DNA from: a virus
UHGV virus genome: UHGV-0172001
Direction: 5' to 3' (one strand)
DNA length: 46,559 nucleotides
The translations under genes and the position numbers were made by a program. The notes beneath the pieces are model-generated. The model did not search any database. It saw nothing but the letters and a program-made list of their open reading frames with translations, and was not told where the DNA came from. Below, piece by piece: positions 7,750 to 15,360 of the stretch (its first letter is position 1; the number at the start of each line of letters is the position of its first letter).

Positions 7750-8034
7750 ATGAGTACGACGCATAAAAACATCACAGAAAAGGCGGTTACGGCAATTGGA
7801 TCCCCTACAGCTGTAAGCCGCATGTTTGGTTTTAGATCGCCTCAATCCATCTTCAACTGGATTATCCGAAACAGGGTACCCGGCGAAAGGGTTATCAGGC
7901 TTTGTGAATTGGGGGGGTGGGTTGTTACACCGCATGATCTCCGTCCCGATCTGCATCCCACTCCGATTAGCGGGATTCCAGAAGATGTTATCAGATCCAA
8001 AAAAATAGGGTTGATTCATGAAAATCAAGCATGA
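7750..8034 (+). CDS. YdaS/DicC-like Cro-type regulator (94 aa)
   Basis: AIGSPTAVSRMFGFRSPQSIFNWI..RVPGERVIRLCELGGWVVTPHDLRPD fits the YdaS/Cro family. First gene after PR. Confidence 0.7.
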   Translation: MSTTHKNITEKAVTAIGSPTAVSRMFGFRSPQSIFNWIIRNRVPGERVIRLCELGGWVVTPHDLRPDLHPTPISGIPEDVIRSKKIGLIHENQA

Positions 8035-8443
8035 ACACATCCGCATGGCGATGAATACCTGGGCGCATCCGGACGGTGAAAAAGTTCCGGCAGCTGAAAT
8101 AACCCGGGCTTATTTTGAGCTGGGTATGACGTTCCCGGAATTATATGACGACAGCCATCCGGAAGCCCTGGCTCGCAATACCCAGAAAATTTTCCGCTGG
8201 GTAGAGAAAGACACTCCTGATGCGGTTAAAAAAATTCAGGCGTTGTTACCAGCGATCGAAAAAGCAATGCCGCCTCTGCTGGTGGCCCGAATGCGCAGCC
8301 ACAGTTCAGCCTGGTTTCGAGAGCTGGTGGAGACGCGGGAACGGCTGGTGAGAGATGCTGATGATTTTGTCGCAGTGGCGATCGCTGGTTTCAACCAGAT
8401 GAATCGTGGTGGTCCGGCGGGAAATGCTGTGGTGATGCACTAA
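8018..8443 (+). CDS. YdaT-like protein (CII functional analog)
   Basis: The N-terminus MKIKHEHI and the overall pattern match Rac YdaT as I recall it. It follows the cro-like gene with an overlap. Confidence 0.7.
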   Translation: MKIKHEHIRMAMNTWAHPDGEKVPAAEITRAYFELGMTFPELYDDSHPEALARNTQKIFRWVEKDTPDAVKKIQALLPAIEKAMPPLLVARMRSHSSAWFRELVETRERLVRDADDFVAVAIAGFNQMNRGGPAGNAVVMH

Positions 8444-8466
8444 AAGCACGGTGTTCGGAGTTTTTT

Positions 8467-9414
8467 ATGAGCAGCAAGCTTCATGGTCTTGTCTGGGAAG
8501 GGTGTGCCTTCACCGGCATGATCTTATCCCGGGTGGCAGTAATGGCTCGCCTTGCAGACTACAGCAATGACGAAGGTGTGTCATGGCCTGCAGTGGAGAC
8601 TATTCGTCGTCAGATTGGGGCAAAGAGTGAATCAACGGTTAAAGCGGCGATAGCGGAACTGGAAAAGAACGGCTGGCTGACGAAGGAGGAACGTAAGGTC
8701 GGTGGGCGTAATGAAAGCAATATCTACCGTCTTAATGTGGAAAAACTCGAAGCAGCAGCAGCGGCGGCGCGTGAGGCATATAAACCGAAAAGAAAAATTA
8801 ACCCGGTAAAAAATGACCCGTCAAATATTGACCCCTCAACGGTTGACCCGTCAAATTTTGATGGATCAACCGTTGATAAAAAACAGCCGGTTAGGGGGGC
8901 GATGGTTGGCCCCGATCCGTCAGTATTAAAACCTGATCCGTCAGATAAAAGATCTTCTTGTCCGGAAGCTTCGCAACCGGACCTGCAGGCGGCTGAACAG
9001 GATTTTTTAACCCGACACCCTGACGCGGTTGTGTTCAGTGCGAAAAAACGCCAGTGGGGCAACCAGGAGGATTTAGCGTGTGCGCAGTGGATCTGGGGAC
9101 GAATCGTGAGTCTTTACGAACAGGCTGCCAGCGATGATGGTGAGATCACGCGACCGAAAGAACCCAACTGGACTGCATGGGCCAATGACGTGCGCACAAT
9201 GCGGATGCTTGATGGCAGAACTCACAGACAAATTTGCGAAATGTTTGGTCGGGTACAGCGGGATCCATTCTGGGTAAAAAACGTCATGAGCCCGTCAAAG
9301 CTTCGCGAAAAATGGGACGAACTGGTCATCCGCCTGGGGCGTTCGCCTGTACAGCGTTGTGTGAATCACATTTCTGAACCGGACACCGAAATTCCGCCGG
9401 GCTTCAGGGGGTAA
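8467..9414 (+). CDS. Replication initiator, lambda O-like / YdaU-like (315 aa)
   Basis: N-terminal winged-helix (VSWPAVETIRRQIGAKSESTVKAAIAELEKNGWL). Internal iteron-encoded repeats DPSNIDPSTVDPSNFDGSTVD. Position after the cII analog. Confidence 0.75.
   Translation: MSSKLHGLVWEGCAFTGMILSRVAVMARLADYSNDEGVSWPAVETIRRQIGAKSESTVKAAIAELEKNGWLTKEERKVGGRNESNIYRLNVEKLEAAAAAAREAYKPKRKINPVKNDPSNIDPSTVDPSNFDGSTVDKKQPVRGAMVGPDPSVLKPDPSDKRSSCPEASQPDLQAAEQDFLTRHPDAVVFSAKKRQWGNQEDLACAQWIWGRIVSLYEQAASDDGEITRPKEPNWTAWANDVRTMRMLDGRTHRQICEMFGRVQRDPFWVKNVMSPSKLREKWDELVIRLGRSPVQRCVNHISEPDTEIPPGFRG
8813..8950. repeat. Origin-like iteron array inside the initiator gene
   Basis: About six copies of TGA(C/T)CC(G/C)TCA(A/G): atgacccgtcaaat, ttgacccctcaacg, ttgacccgtcaaat, atggatcaaccg, ccgatccgtcagta, ctgatccgtcagat. 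Confidence 0.65.
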
Positions 9415-9454
9415 GTGTTAATTTCTGGTCATGAGGTAATTTTCAGGAGGGCTT

Positions 9455-9874
9455 GTGGCAAAAGTATTTACACAAGAAGAGCGGGAAAAAATTAAGGGGC
9501 TGGTTGTTGAACTTGTACGCCAGAGCGGGCGCGAGACGTTACGACAACTGGAAGCTAAGACAGGTGCGACAAGATATTTAATAAGCGTTCTTGCCAGAGA
9601 GCTGGTTGCCAGTGGCGATGTATACAACTCTGGTTACGGGTTATTCCCGTCTGAACAGGCGCGTAAGGACTGGCAAAACGCCCGCAAAAAACTCTCGAGG
9701 GCAAAGCTGAAGAAAACATCTGTGGTTGATCCGGACCTTATCTGGTCGTTACCAGACGGAGAAATACGCCGCTACGACAGGCGTCAGAACATAATCTGTC
9801 GCGAGTGCCGGAGAAGTGAAGTTATGCAGCGAGTTTTGATGTTTTACAGGGGTAATAACGGAGCAACGATATGA
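9455..9874 (+). CDS. Hypothetical protein (139 aa), possible winged-helix; occupies the slot of a replication accessory gene
   Basis: GGAGGG RBS with a GTG start. ...RETLRQLEAKTGATRYLISVLARELVASGDV. No helicase-loader motif seen. Confidence 0.5.
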   Translation: MAKVFTQEEREKIKGLVVELVRQSGRETLRQLEAKTGATRYLISVLARELVASGDVYNSGYGLFPSEQARKDWQNARKKLSRAKLKKTSVVDPDLIWSLPDGEIRRYDRRQNIICRECRRSEVMQRVLMFYRGNNGATI

Positions 9875-10170
9875 GGGTTTATATCGCAGGGCCGATGACC
9901 GGGTATAAAAATTTCAACCGTGAGGCATTTCACGAGGCGGAAGAGAAGCTGAAACAGAAAGGGTGCACGGTGTTGAATCCGGCAGTGCTTCCTGGTGGGC
10001 TGACACAGGCGCAGTACATGGATATTTGTACGGCGATGCTCCGCTGTGTGGATACGATTTACATGCTGAAAGGCTGGCATCGGTCGGCAGACGCTAAGGC
10101 AGAACTGGCGCTGGCGGCGAAACTGGGGCATGAGGTTGTATTTCAGGAGGCAACCAGTGAGCGAGATTAA
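9871..10170 (+). CDS. DUF4406 / nucleoside 2-deoxyribosyltransferase-like protein (99 aa)
   Basis: MRVYIAGPMTGYKNFNREAF...A...L...G..VLNPA is the characteristic DUF4406 N-terminus. Confidence 0.65.
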   Translation: MRVYIAGPMTGYKNFNREAFHEAEEKLKQKGCTVLNPAVLPGGLTQAQYMDICTAMLRCVDTIYMLKGWHRSADAKAELALAAKLGHEVVFQEATSERD

Positions 10171-10744
10171 CTATCAGGCACTGCGTGAGGCGGCAGAAGC
10201 AATAAAAATAGCAGCCACACCACAAAAATTGCTGGCATTTCGTATGAAGGTCACACCTCAGGTTGTGCTGGCACTGCTGGATGAACGGGAAAGAAACCAG
10301 CAATACATAAAACGCCGCGATCAGGAGAACGAGGAAATTGCGCTAACGGTAGGGAAGCTGCGTGTTGAGCTTGAAGCAGAAAAATCAAAACTCAACGAGC
10401 AGCGTGAGTATTACGAGGGAGTAATCGCGGATGGAAGTAAGCGCATAGCAGAACTGGAAGCACGGGAAATAAAACCAGCCAAAGGCGAAGTTCTTGTCGT
10501 TGTATCTGGTTTTACTGGTTGCGGGAAAAGCGCCATTGCCGGGGAAATAGAAATTGCGATGAAAGCTATTGGTGTGCCGGTTCTATGGACTAATGGCGAT
10601 GCGGAAAAGCGCATGACAGGAGCTGACTGGCTGACAGCGATTGAGATGTACAAACCAACTGTGTGCATCGTGGAAGTTAATGTGCCACGCGCCGCTGGCA
10701 TTCGCATCAAAGGAGAGGAGCATGCAAATAAAACCAGAAGATGA
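10157..10744 (+). CDS. Ead/Ea22-like coiled-coil protein with a short C-terminal Walker-A-like segment
   Basis: Coiled-coil LRVELEAEKSKLNEQREYYEGVIADGSKRIAELEA, then GFTGCGKS. The GTG 10157 start is inferred; the track ORF starts at 10130. Confidence 0.5.
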   Translation: MSEINYQALREAAEAIKIAATPQKLLAFRMKVTPQVVLALLDERERNQQYIKRRDQENEEIALTVGKLRVELEAEKSKLNEQREYYEGVIADGSKRIAELEAREIKPAKGEVLVVVSGFTGCGKSAIAGEIEIAMKAIGVPVLWTNGDAEKRMTGADWLTAIEMYKPTVCIVEVNVPRAAGIRIKGEEHANKTRR

Positions 10745-11078
10745 GTTAAGTAATATTGTTTTATTTCCGGTAAAGGAGGATGACCCACGTGATCAGGTTA
10801 ATTTTCTTTATGAGCCATCGGAAAGACCATACTGCCATCACGCTTCTGTCCGGGTTGACGAAAAAGAGCGTCAGGTCCGCTGTAAAATCTGCGGTGCAGT
10901 TGTGGAGCCGTTTGACTGGATGCTCTCAGTGGCGAAAAGAGAAACCAGACTGGCAGATGATGTAAGGCTATTGCGCCAGGAGGAACAGGAAAGGCGGAAA
11001 AATATAGAAAAGTTAATTCAGATTGAGCGTAACGCGAAAGCGCGGATACGCAGGGCGACAAAATCCAGAACTGAATAA
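10722..11078 (+). CDS. Hypothetical zinc-ribbon/coiled-coil protein (118 aa)
   Basis: GGAGAGGAG RBS before ATG 10722. CHH...CKICG pair, then a basic coiled-coil tail. Confidence 0.5.
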   Translation: MQIKPEDELSNIVLFPVKEDDPRDQVNFLYEPSERPYCHHASVRVDEKERQVRCKICGAVVEPFDWMLSVAKRETRLADDVRLLRQEEQERRKNIEKLIQIERNAKARIRRATKSRTE

Positions 11079-11171
11079 ATTTAGCGCTGTAAATACAATT
11101 TAATCCTTAACCGGAGGGATTCCTGCACCCTCAGAACATCAGGAGGCCGCCCGAAAGGGCGGTAATGAAAA

Positions 11172-11579
11172 ATGGCTGAATTAACCAAAGAGCAATTAAT
11201 CGAAGAGGCCAAATTAAAAATAGCGATTACGAAATGTCACCCCCATTCAGGGATGGCACGGATAGAGGGTGAGTTATTCAAAATTGCACTGGCATCGCTG
11301 GAATCAGAGCCGGTGGCGTCATGCATTATTGAAGATGGGGGCATGTGTGTTGATGGATTCGGTGAGTATGTAGGTCACTCACTGCCTGATGGAAGCCACG
11401 ACCTTTACACCGCCCCGCCAGCGCCGGTAGTGCCTGAAGGGCTTGTTAAAGCGGTACGCTTTTATGAACAGGTAAAGTGTGAGAATCCGCCAGCTGAAAC
11501 CGGAGCATGGAAAGACGCTGTTGACTGGGTGCTCAAAGAGGCTTGCCAGGCTGTAAACATTGGCAACAAAGGAGAGTGA
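11172..11579 (+). CDS. Hypothetical acidic protein (135 aa), nin-region type
   Basis: Clean ORF with the LYTAPPAPVVPEG linker typical of small early-region prophage proteins. Confidence 0.5.
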   Translation: MAELTKEQLIEEAKLKIAITKCHPHSGMARIEGELFKIALASLESEPVASCIIEDGGMCVDGFGEYVGHSLPDGSHDLYTAPPAPVVPEGLVKAVRFYEQVKCENPPAETGAWKDAVDWVLKEACQAVNIGNKGE

Positions 11580-11580
11580 T

Positions 11581-11799
11581 GTGTCTACATTATTCAGAAA
11601 AGAATATCCGCGAAAAAGTAGAGCGACAGAATTTTTGTTTCTCATTCTGTTTATCGTGTTGATGACACCGATATCCCCGCTAATTTTTGTCTGGGCAATC
11701 GGGAAAATAATTGAGCCAGTTATTGAATTATATAACGACGTGGTATGGGCGTCGTTCAATACACTGCACAATAAAATTAATCCATATAAGGAAAACTGA
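11581..11799 (+). CDS. Small membrane protein (72 aa)
   Basis: AAGGAG RBS 6 nt before GTG 11581. Hydrophobic core FLFLILFIVLMTPISPLIFVWAIG. AT-rich. Confidence 0.4.
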   Translation: MSTLFRKEYPRKSRATEFLFLILFIVLMTPISPLIFVWAIGKIIEPVIELYNDVVWASFNTLHNKINPYKEN

Positions 11800-11800
11800 A

Positions 11801-12166
11801 ATGGCACTGACGAAAAAACAACGTGCAGAGCTGCGCATGAAGTTCGGCGGTCGCTGTGCTTATTGTGGCTGCGAACTTGGCGAAAAGTGGCATGTAGACC
11901 ATGTAAAACCGGTCATTCGTTTTGCTGGAAATATGCTTCACCAGGAACGTGACGATATATCCAACATGGTTCCGGCATGCCACCCATGCAATCTGCATAA
12001 GCATTGCAGTAGCCTGGAAGATTATCGGCGAATTATCAGTGATGGTCGTCGTGAATTCCTTGCGTCCGGGAAAGGCAAGGCGCTGGTTCGTATGGGATTG
12101 GTTGAAATGAAATCTGACCCGGTTGTGTTCTGGTTTGAAAAATATCAAGAAGGGGCTACCGCATGA
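11801..12166 (+). CDS. HNH endonuclease (121 aa)
   Basis: CAYCGCEL...WHVDHVKP...N.VPACHPCNLHK is an HNH motif. Confidence 0.8.
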   Translation: MALTKKQRAELRMKFGGRCAYCGCELGEKWHVDHVKPVIRFAGNMLHQERDDISNMVPACHPCNLHKHCSSLEDYRRIISDGRREFLASGKGKALVRMGLVEMKSDPVVFWFEKYQEGATA

Positions 12167-12549
12167 CCACTTTTACCAATAGCAAACTAACAGACGAATA
12201 CGTTTCAAATGCAACGTTGATTCGGCTCATTCTGTGGGCTGACCAGCACAATAGCCATTATGTTGTAGCGGCTCTGCGCGAGCTACAGGAGCGCCGCAAG
12301 GCTGATAGTGTGCCTGTAGAAATCAACGACGACATGGCTTACGCATTTCACCATGCGCTTTCTGACTCATCGCTTGGCTCTGATGAAATCGAAGAAATTA
12401 AAACCGGGTTGCGCGCAGCCTTTGCCAATGTTGCCGTCCAGCCTGCGCTGATAGTGCCGGCTGAAATCGAGCCAGACGATAGCAATACGTTTGATTATGT
12501 TGATGGCTGGAACGCCTGCCGCGCCGCCATGCTTAAGGGAGATAAATAA
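12163..12549 (+). CDS. Hypothetical protein (128 aa)
   Basis: ATGA-coupled to the HNH gene. The C-terminal DYVDGWNACRAAML motif is common in prophage early-region orphans. Confidence 0.5.
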   Translation: MTTFTNSKLTDEYVSNATLIRLILWADQHNSHYVVAALRELQERRKADSVPVEINDDMAYAFHHALSDSSLGSDEIEEIKTGLRAAFANVAVQPALIVPAEIEPDDSNTFDYVDGWNACRAAMLKGDK

Positions 12550-13112
12550 TGATTAATCGAACCAAACTGGAACACATTCTCGAATATGCCAGGCAGCAGA
12601 AATGTATTGGGCAACTTTGTAAAATTCCACCAGGAGATATGGTTGAAATCGTGGAAATGGCCATGCGTAAGGCTGGCAACTCTCCGGTAACTCCGGCTCG
12701 CCTGCCTGGTGGTTTCACCATTGAGGATGCGAAGGAGTTACATGAAGACCTGGTTCGCAGCCACATAAGCCAGGCTTTAAGTGGTGAAAAGATGAAAAAG
12801 AACGATCGCGATACTGATTTGCGCTGGATTCATGGCGTTATAGTACAGGCAGCGTGGTTTGTGAAAGCTTCACTGGATGCGTTGCCTGAACCGCTGCGGG
12901 AGGAGAAGGGAGGAAGTGCCAACTGTACTGCCAGTCATGGTACAACCGACAATCCACCAGTACCAGGCAAACAGACTGACGAATTAACCATGCTGGTTAA
13001 GCAATTGGTCAGTCAACTGAAGAAAGTGAAGCCGGACTGTAAATTGCCGGATAAGGCGATGGACTACCTGAAACGGAACGAACTGATAAGTGCGGAGGAT
13101 GTTTTGCGATGA
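12549..13112 (+). CDS. Hypothetical protein (187 aa)
   Basis: TAATG-coupled start. No recognised motif. Confidence 0.5.
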   Translation: MINRTKLEHILEYARQQKCIGQLCKIPPGDMVEIVEMAMRKAGNSPVTPARLPGGFTIEDAKELHEDLVRSHISQALSGEKMKKNDRDTDLRWIHGVIVQAAWFVKASLDALPEPLREEKGGSANCTASHGTTDNPPVPGKQTDELTMLVKQLVSQLKKVKPDCKLPDKAMDYLKRNELISAEDVLR

Positions 13113-13192
13113 CCTGGCCTGAAGCATTCACAACGGTAGGAATTGCGATGGCGGTGGCGCTGATGGTGTATTCGATTTGCCGCTGGGGATAA
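13109..13192 (+). CDS. Possible 27-aa membrane peptide
   Basis: ATGA overlap with the preceding stop. MTWPEAFTTVGIAMAVALMVYSICRWG. A terminator follows. Too short to be sure. Confidence 0.25.
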   Translation: MTWPEAFTTVGIAMAVALMVYSICRWG

Positions 13193-13198
13193 CAAACA

Positions 13199-13229
13199 AA
13201 AACCCCGGATTGATGGTCCGGGGTTTTTG
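13199..13229 (+). terminator. Intrinsic terminator ending the early-right nin-like block
   Basis: AACCCCGGA ttgatgg TCCGGGGTT followed by TTTT. Confidence 0.7.
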
Positions 13230-13449
13230 AAGGAAACAAAACAGAAACAACAATTGCCGTTACCTGTTGTTACCATGGCAAGTAAACGTATCTCAGGCGA
13301 GCGCATTGCGCCGTTCTGACGCAGATAAATTAGCCTGGATAGATGGTGCTGGCAATAAAAAATAGCGTTTTCTTATCGGTGTCGGTAAGATTGCTGCGGG
13401 TGCTTGAGGCTGTCTGCCTCGGGCATGCCACTGTAAGGCAGACAGAGAA

Positions 13450-13530
13450 AAGCCCCAGTTAACATTACGCGTCTTGCAGGACGCTTAACATTAATCTGAG
13501 GCCCAATCTATGCCACACAAACATAGGTTA
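13450..13530 (-). ncRNA. sok: Sok-like antisense RNA (position approximate)
   Basis: Inferred from hok/sok architecture: the antisense RNA covers the hok mRNA leader around the mok start. I could not define its promoter or ends. Confidence 0.3.
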
Positions 13531-13716
13531 GCCTCTTACGGACCGAAAGGTCAAGGAGAAGCAGGCTATGAAGCAGCAAAAGGCGATGTTAATCGCCCTG
13601 ATCGTCATCTGTTTAACCGTCATAGTGACGGCACTGGTAACGAGGAAAGACCTCTGCGAGGTACGAATCCGAACCGGCCAGACGGAGGTTGCTGTCTTCG
13701 TAGACTACGAATCTGA
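13510..13716 (+). CDS. mok: Mok-like overlapping leader reading frame
   Basis: The ORF overlaps hok in another frame, starting in the conserved leader (..TAGCCTCTTACGG..CAAGGAGAAGCAGGCTATGAA), as in R1 parB. Confidence 0.5.
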   Translation: MPHKHRLASYGPKGQGEAGYEAAKGDVNRPDRHLFNRHSDGTGNEERPLRGTNPNRPDGGCCLRRLRI

Positions 13717-13723
13717 GAAGTAA
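13568..13723 (+). CDS. hok: Hok/Gef family type I toxin (51 aa)
   Basis: MKQQKAMLIALIVICLTVIVTALVTRKDLCEVRIRTGQTEVAVFVDYESEK carries the Hok signature (TM helix, TRK.LCE.R, EVAAF..YES.K). The upstream leader carries CTTGAGGCTGTCTGCCTC, as in the hok mRNA. Confidence 0.9.
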   Translation: MKQQKAMLIALIVICLTVIVTALVTRKDLCEVRIRTGQTEVAVFVDYESEK

Positions 13724-13792
13724 GAGTGACCAGGCGGGAGAGTAATCTCCCGCCACCTCTGATGTGTCGGCATCCTCAACGCACCCGCACTT

Positions 13793-13816
13793 AACCCGCT
13801 TCGGCGGGTTTTTTCA
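13793..13816 (+). terminator. hok mRNA terminator
   Basis: AACCCGC ttcg GCGGGTT followed by TTTTT. Confidence 0.75.
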
Positions 13817-13934
13817 CGTACTGTGGTTGTGAATACGATTGGTATTAGGCTATGCTAACAACATTAGCCTGACTAATTTTGTATTGACTTGATTTTTTGT
13901 TAAAGAACAGGACGGAGAAGTAAGGGTACACCCA

Positions 13935-14114
13935 ATGAGCTACGCACTAAAAAAACACCCGCGATTGAGTATTCCCCCTCGCGATAAAAGCGTTGTGGCA
14001 GCTCCGCGCCCGGCTATTGATGAAAATTGCACACATCGTGAGCAGGTGAAAAATGCTTTCGATTTCGGTTTTTCTCGTTACGAGAAGGCAATGGAAGAAC
14101 TTTCAAAAGTGTAA
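13935..14114 (+). CDS. Putative antitoxin of the Doc-family toxin (59 aa, family not recognised)
   Basis: GGAGAAG RBS region. The ORF ends 18 nt before the doc-like start. It is below the ORF-track cutoff, so I translated it by hand: MSYALKKHPRLSIPPRDKSVVAAPRPAIDENCTHREQVKNAFDFGFSRYEKAMEELSKV. Confidence 0.5.
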   Translation: MSYALKKHPRLSIPPRDKSVVAAPRPAIDENCTHREQVKNAFDFGFSRYEKAMEELSKV

Positions 14115-14132
14115 TAATGGGTATTGTGCTCT

Positions 14133-14618
14133 ATGGCTGAGATTGTTGAAGGAGTGCACTATCTTTCGGTTGATGATCTTACTGAAATCAATCGCCTTTT
14201 AATTGAGCTTCAAACACCAGATGAACCTGTAGGTGTGCTGAGTGTTGATAATTTAAGTTCTTCTCAGGCCCGTCCCAGCATGGTTCGATGGTATGAACAG
14301 ACTAATGACATGTTTGTACTGGCATCGGTATTGATTGAAAGTCTGATTCAGAATCATCCGTTTGCTAATGCGAACAAACGAACAGCTATGATGGCTGGTT
14401 ACGTCTTCTTGTTGTTGAATGGCTATGAGTTAACAGCACCAGGCGATGAAATCGTTGAAATGGCAGAGGGACTGGCCTGCAAAACCTATACTCGAGAAGA
14501 TCTCGAGAACTGGTTGTGTTATTGGTCTCGCGCGTATGACAGCCGGGAATTATGTAAAACAGGCGCAACTATTGTTTTGTATGAAACTATCAAGCTTAAA
14601 ATAGAACAGCAAAACTAA
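14133..14618 (+). CDS. doc: Fic/Doc family toxin (Doc-like kinase)
   Basis: HPFANANKRTAMMAGYVFLLLNG matches the Doc-type Fic motif H.F..(A/G)NKR. Size and the small upstream partner are typical of phd-doc. Confidence 0.8.
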   Translation: MAEIVEGVHYLSVDDLTEINRLLIELQTPDEPVGVLSVDNLSSSQARPSMVRWYEQTNDMFVLASVLIESLIQNHPFANANKRTAMMAGYVFLLLNGYELTAPGDEIVEMAEGLACKTYTREDLENWLCYWSRAYDSRELCKTGATIVLYETIKLKIEQQN

Positions 14619-14633
14619 AGGTGCTTCCAATGA

Positions 14634-14657
14634 AAACCCGCTTCGGCGGGTTTTTTG
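14634..14657 (+). terminator. Intrinsic terminator after the doc-like gene
   Basis: AACCCGC ttcg GCGGGTT followed by TTTTT; same hairpin as at 13793. Confidence 0.75.
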
Positions 14658-14738
14658 TTGTTTATTTTCGGTGAGTATGATGCATCTGGTTGTACTGATG
14701 TGATTGGCTGATTCTGTTATTCAGGTGGCTTATTGCTG

Positions 14739-14766
14739 TTGATTGGCATGTCTTCGCGGCTAGAAT
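14739..14766 (+). promoter_or_regulatory. Sigma70-like promoter upstream of the DUF968-rusA-Q block
   Basis: TTGATT - 16 nt - TAGAAT. A perfect 12-bp palindrome CCCCTTAAGGGG lies at 14803-14814. Confidence 0.45.
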
Positions 14767-14846
14767 CGAGGCTCTTGAGTAGCGCGCAGGGAGAAGAGGG
14801 ATGGACCCCTTAAGGGGAGGTGTTTAAAGTTCACGGGATTTTGGTT

Positions 14847-15014
14847 ATGAACGATAAGGAATTAATTGCTGCGCTTTCTGTACCTGGTAATTATGAAGTA
14901 ATTGTTCTTGAGAATGGTGAATTTATCGTAATGCCATTGCCATCCGATGTTATTCTGATCACCAAAGAATCGCATGCGGATTCGGTCAGTCACTTCAGCA
15001 TTAAGAAAGACTAG
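14847..15014 (+). CDS. Small hypothetical protein (55 aa; start uncertain, GTG 14820 is an alternative)
   Basis: ORF MNDKELIAALSVPGNYEVIVLENGEFIVMPLPSDVILITKE... with a weak RBS. Confidence 0.35.
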   Translation: MNDKELIAALSVPGNYEVIVLENGEFIVMPLPSDVILITKESHADSVSHFSIKKD

Positions 15015-15080
15015 ATTATAATGCCGTAGTCAAAGCCAGCCTGAACAACTGGCGTCTGTCGCACCATTACGAGGACAGTA

Positions 15081-15359
15081 GTGGTGCATTACAAGAAAAT
15101 TAACAATTCTGATAATTCAGCCGTCTTTGCCAGCAGGCACGGGCGGCGCTCTCACGCATTCAAATATGACTGGTACCAGCATGACCCCTGCACTGAAGAA
15201 CAGGCCGAATGGCTGATTCAGAACTACCGCAGGCGTGGGTACGAGTTTCAGAAAGACCTCAGTCCTGACTTCCGACACTGGATAATTTCTGTCAGGCTCC
15301 CTTATTCCGAACGCCCACCGTGTCCGTCCCGCACATTCCAGCAACGCATCTGGAGGTAA
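15081..15359 (+). CDS. Hypothetical protein (92 aa)
   Basis: GAGGA RBS with a GTG start. Its stop overlaps the DUF968 start (TAACGTG). Confidence 0.45.
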   Translation: MVHYKKINNSDNSAVFASRHGRRSHAFKYDWYQHDPCTEEQAEWLIQNYRRRGYEFQKDLSPDFRHWIISVRLPYSERPPCPSRTFQQRIWR

Positions 15360-15360
15360 C

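Noticed and set aside
7750-8443. YdaS/YdaT as a toxin-antitoxin pair
   Set aside because: Older annotations call this pair a TA system. Position after PR and published work on Rac point instead to Cro-like and CII-like regulators, so I did not count it as a TA system.
10500-10744. Walker-A motif GFTGCGKS suggesting an ATPase
   Set aside because: Only about 80 residues follow, which is too few for a complete P-loop NTPase fold. It is treated as a motif in an Ead/Ea22-like protein, not as an enzyme call.
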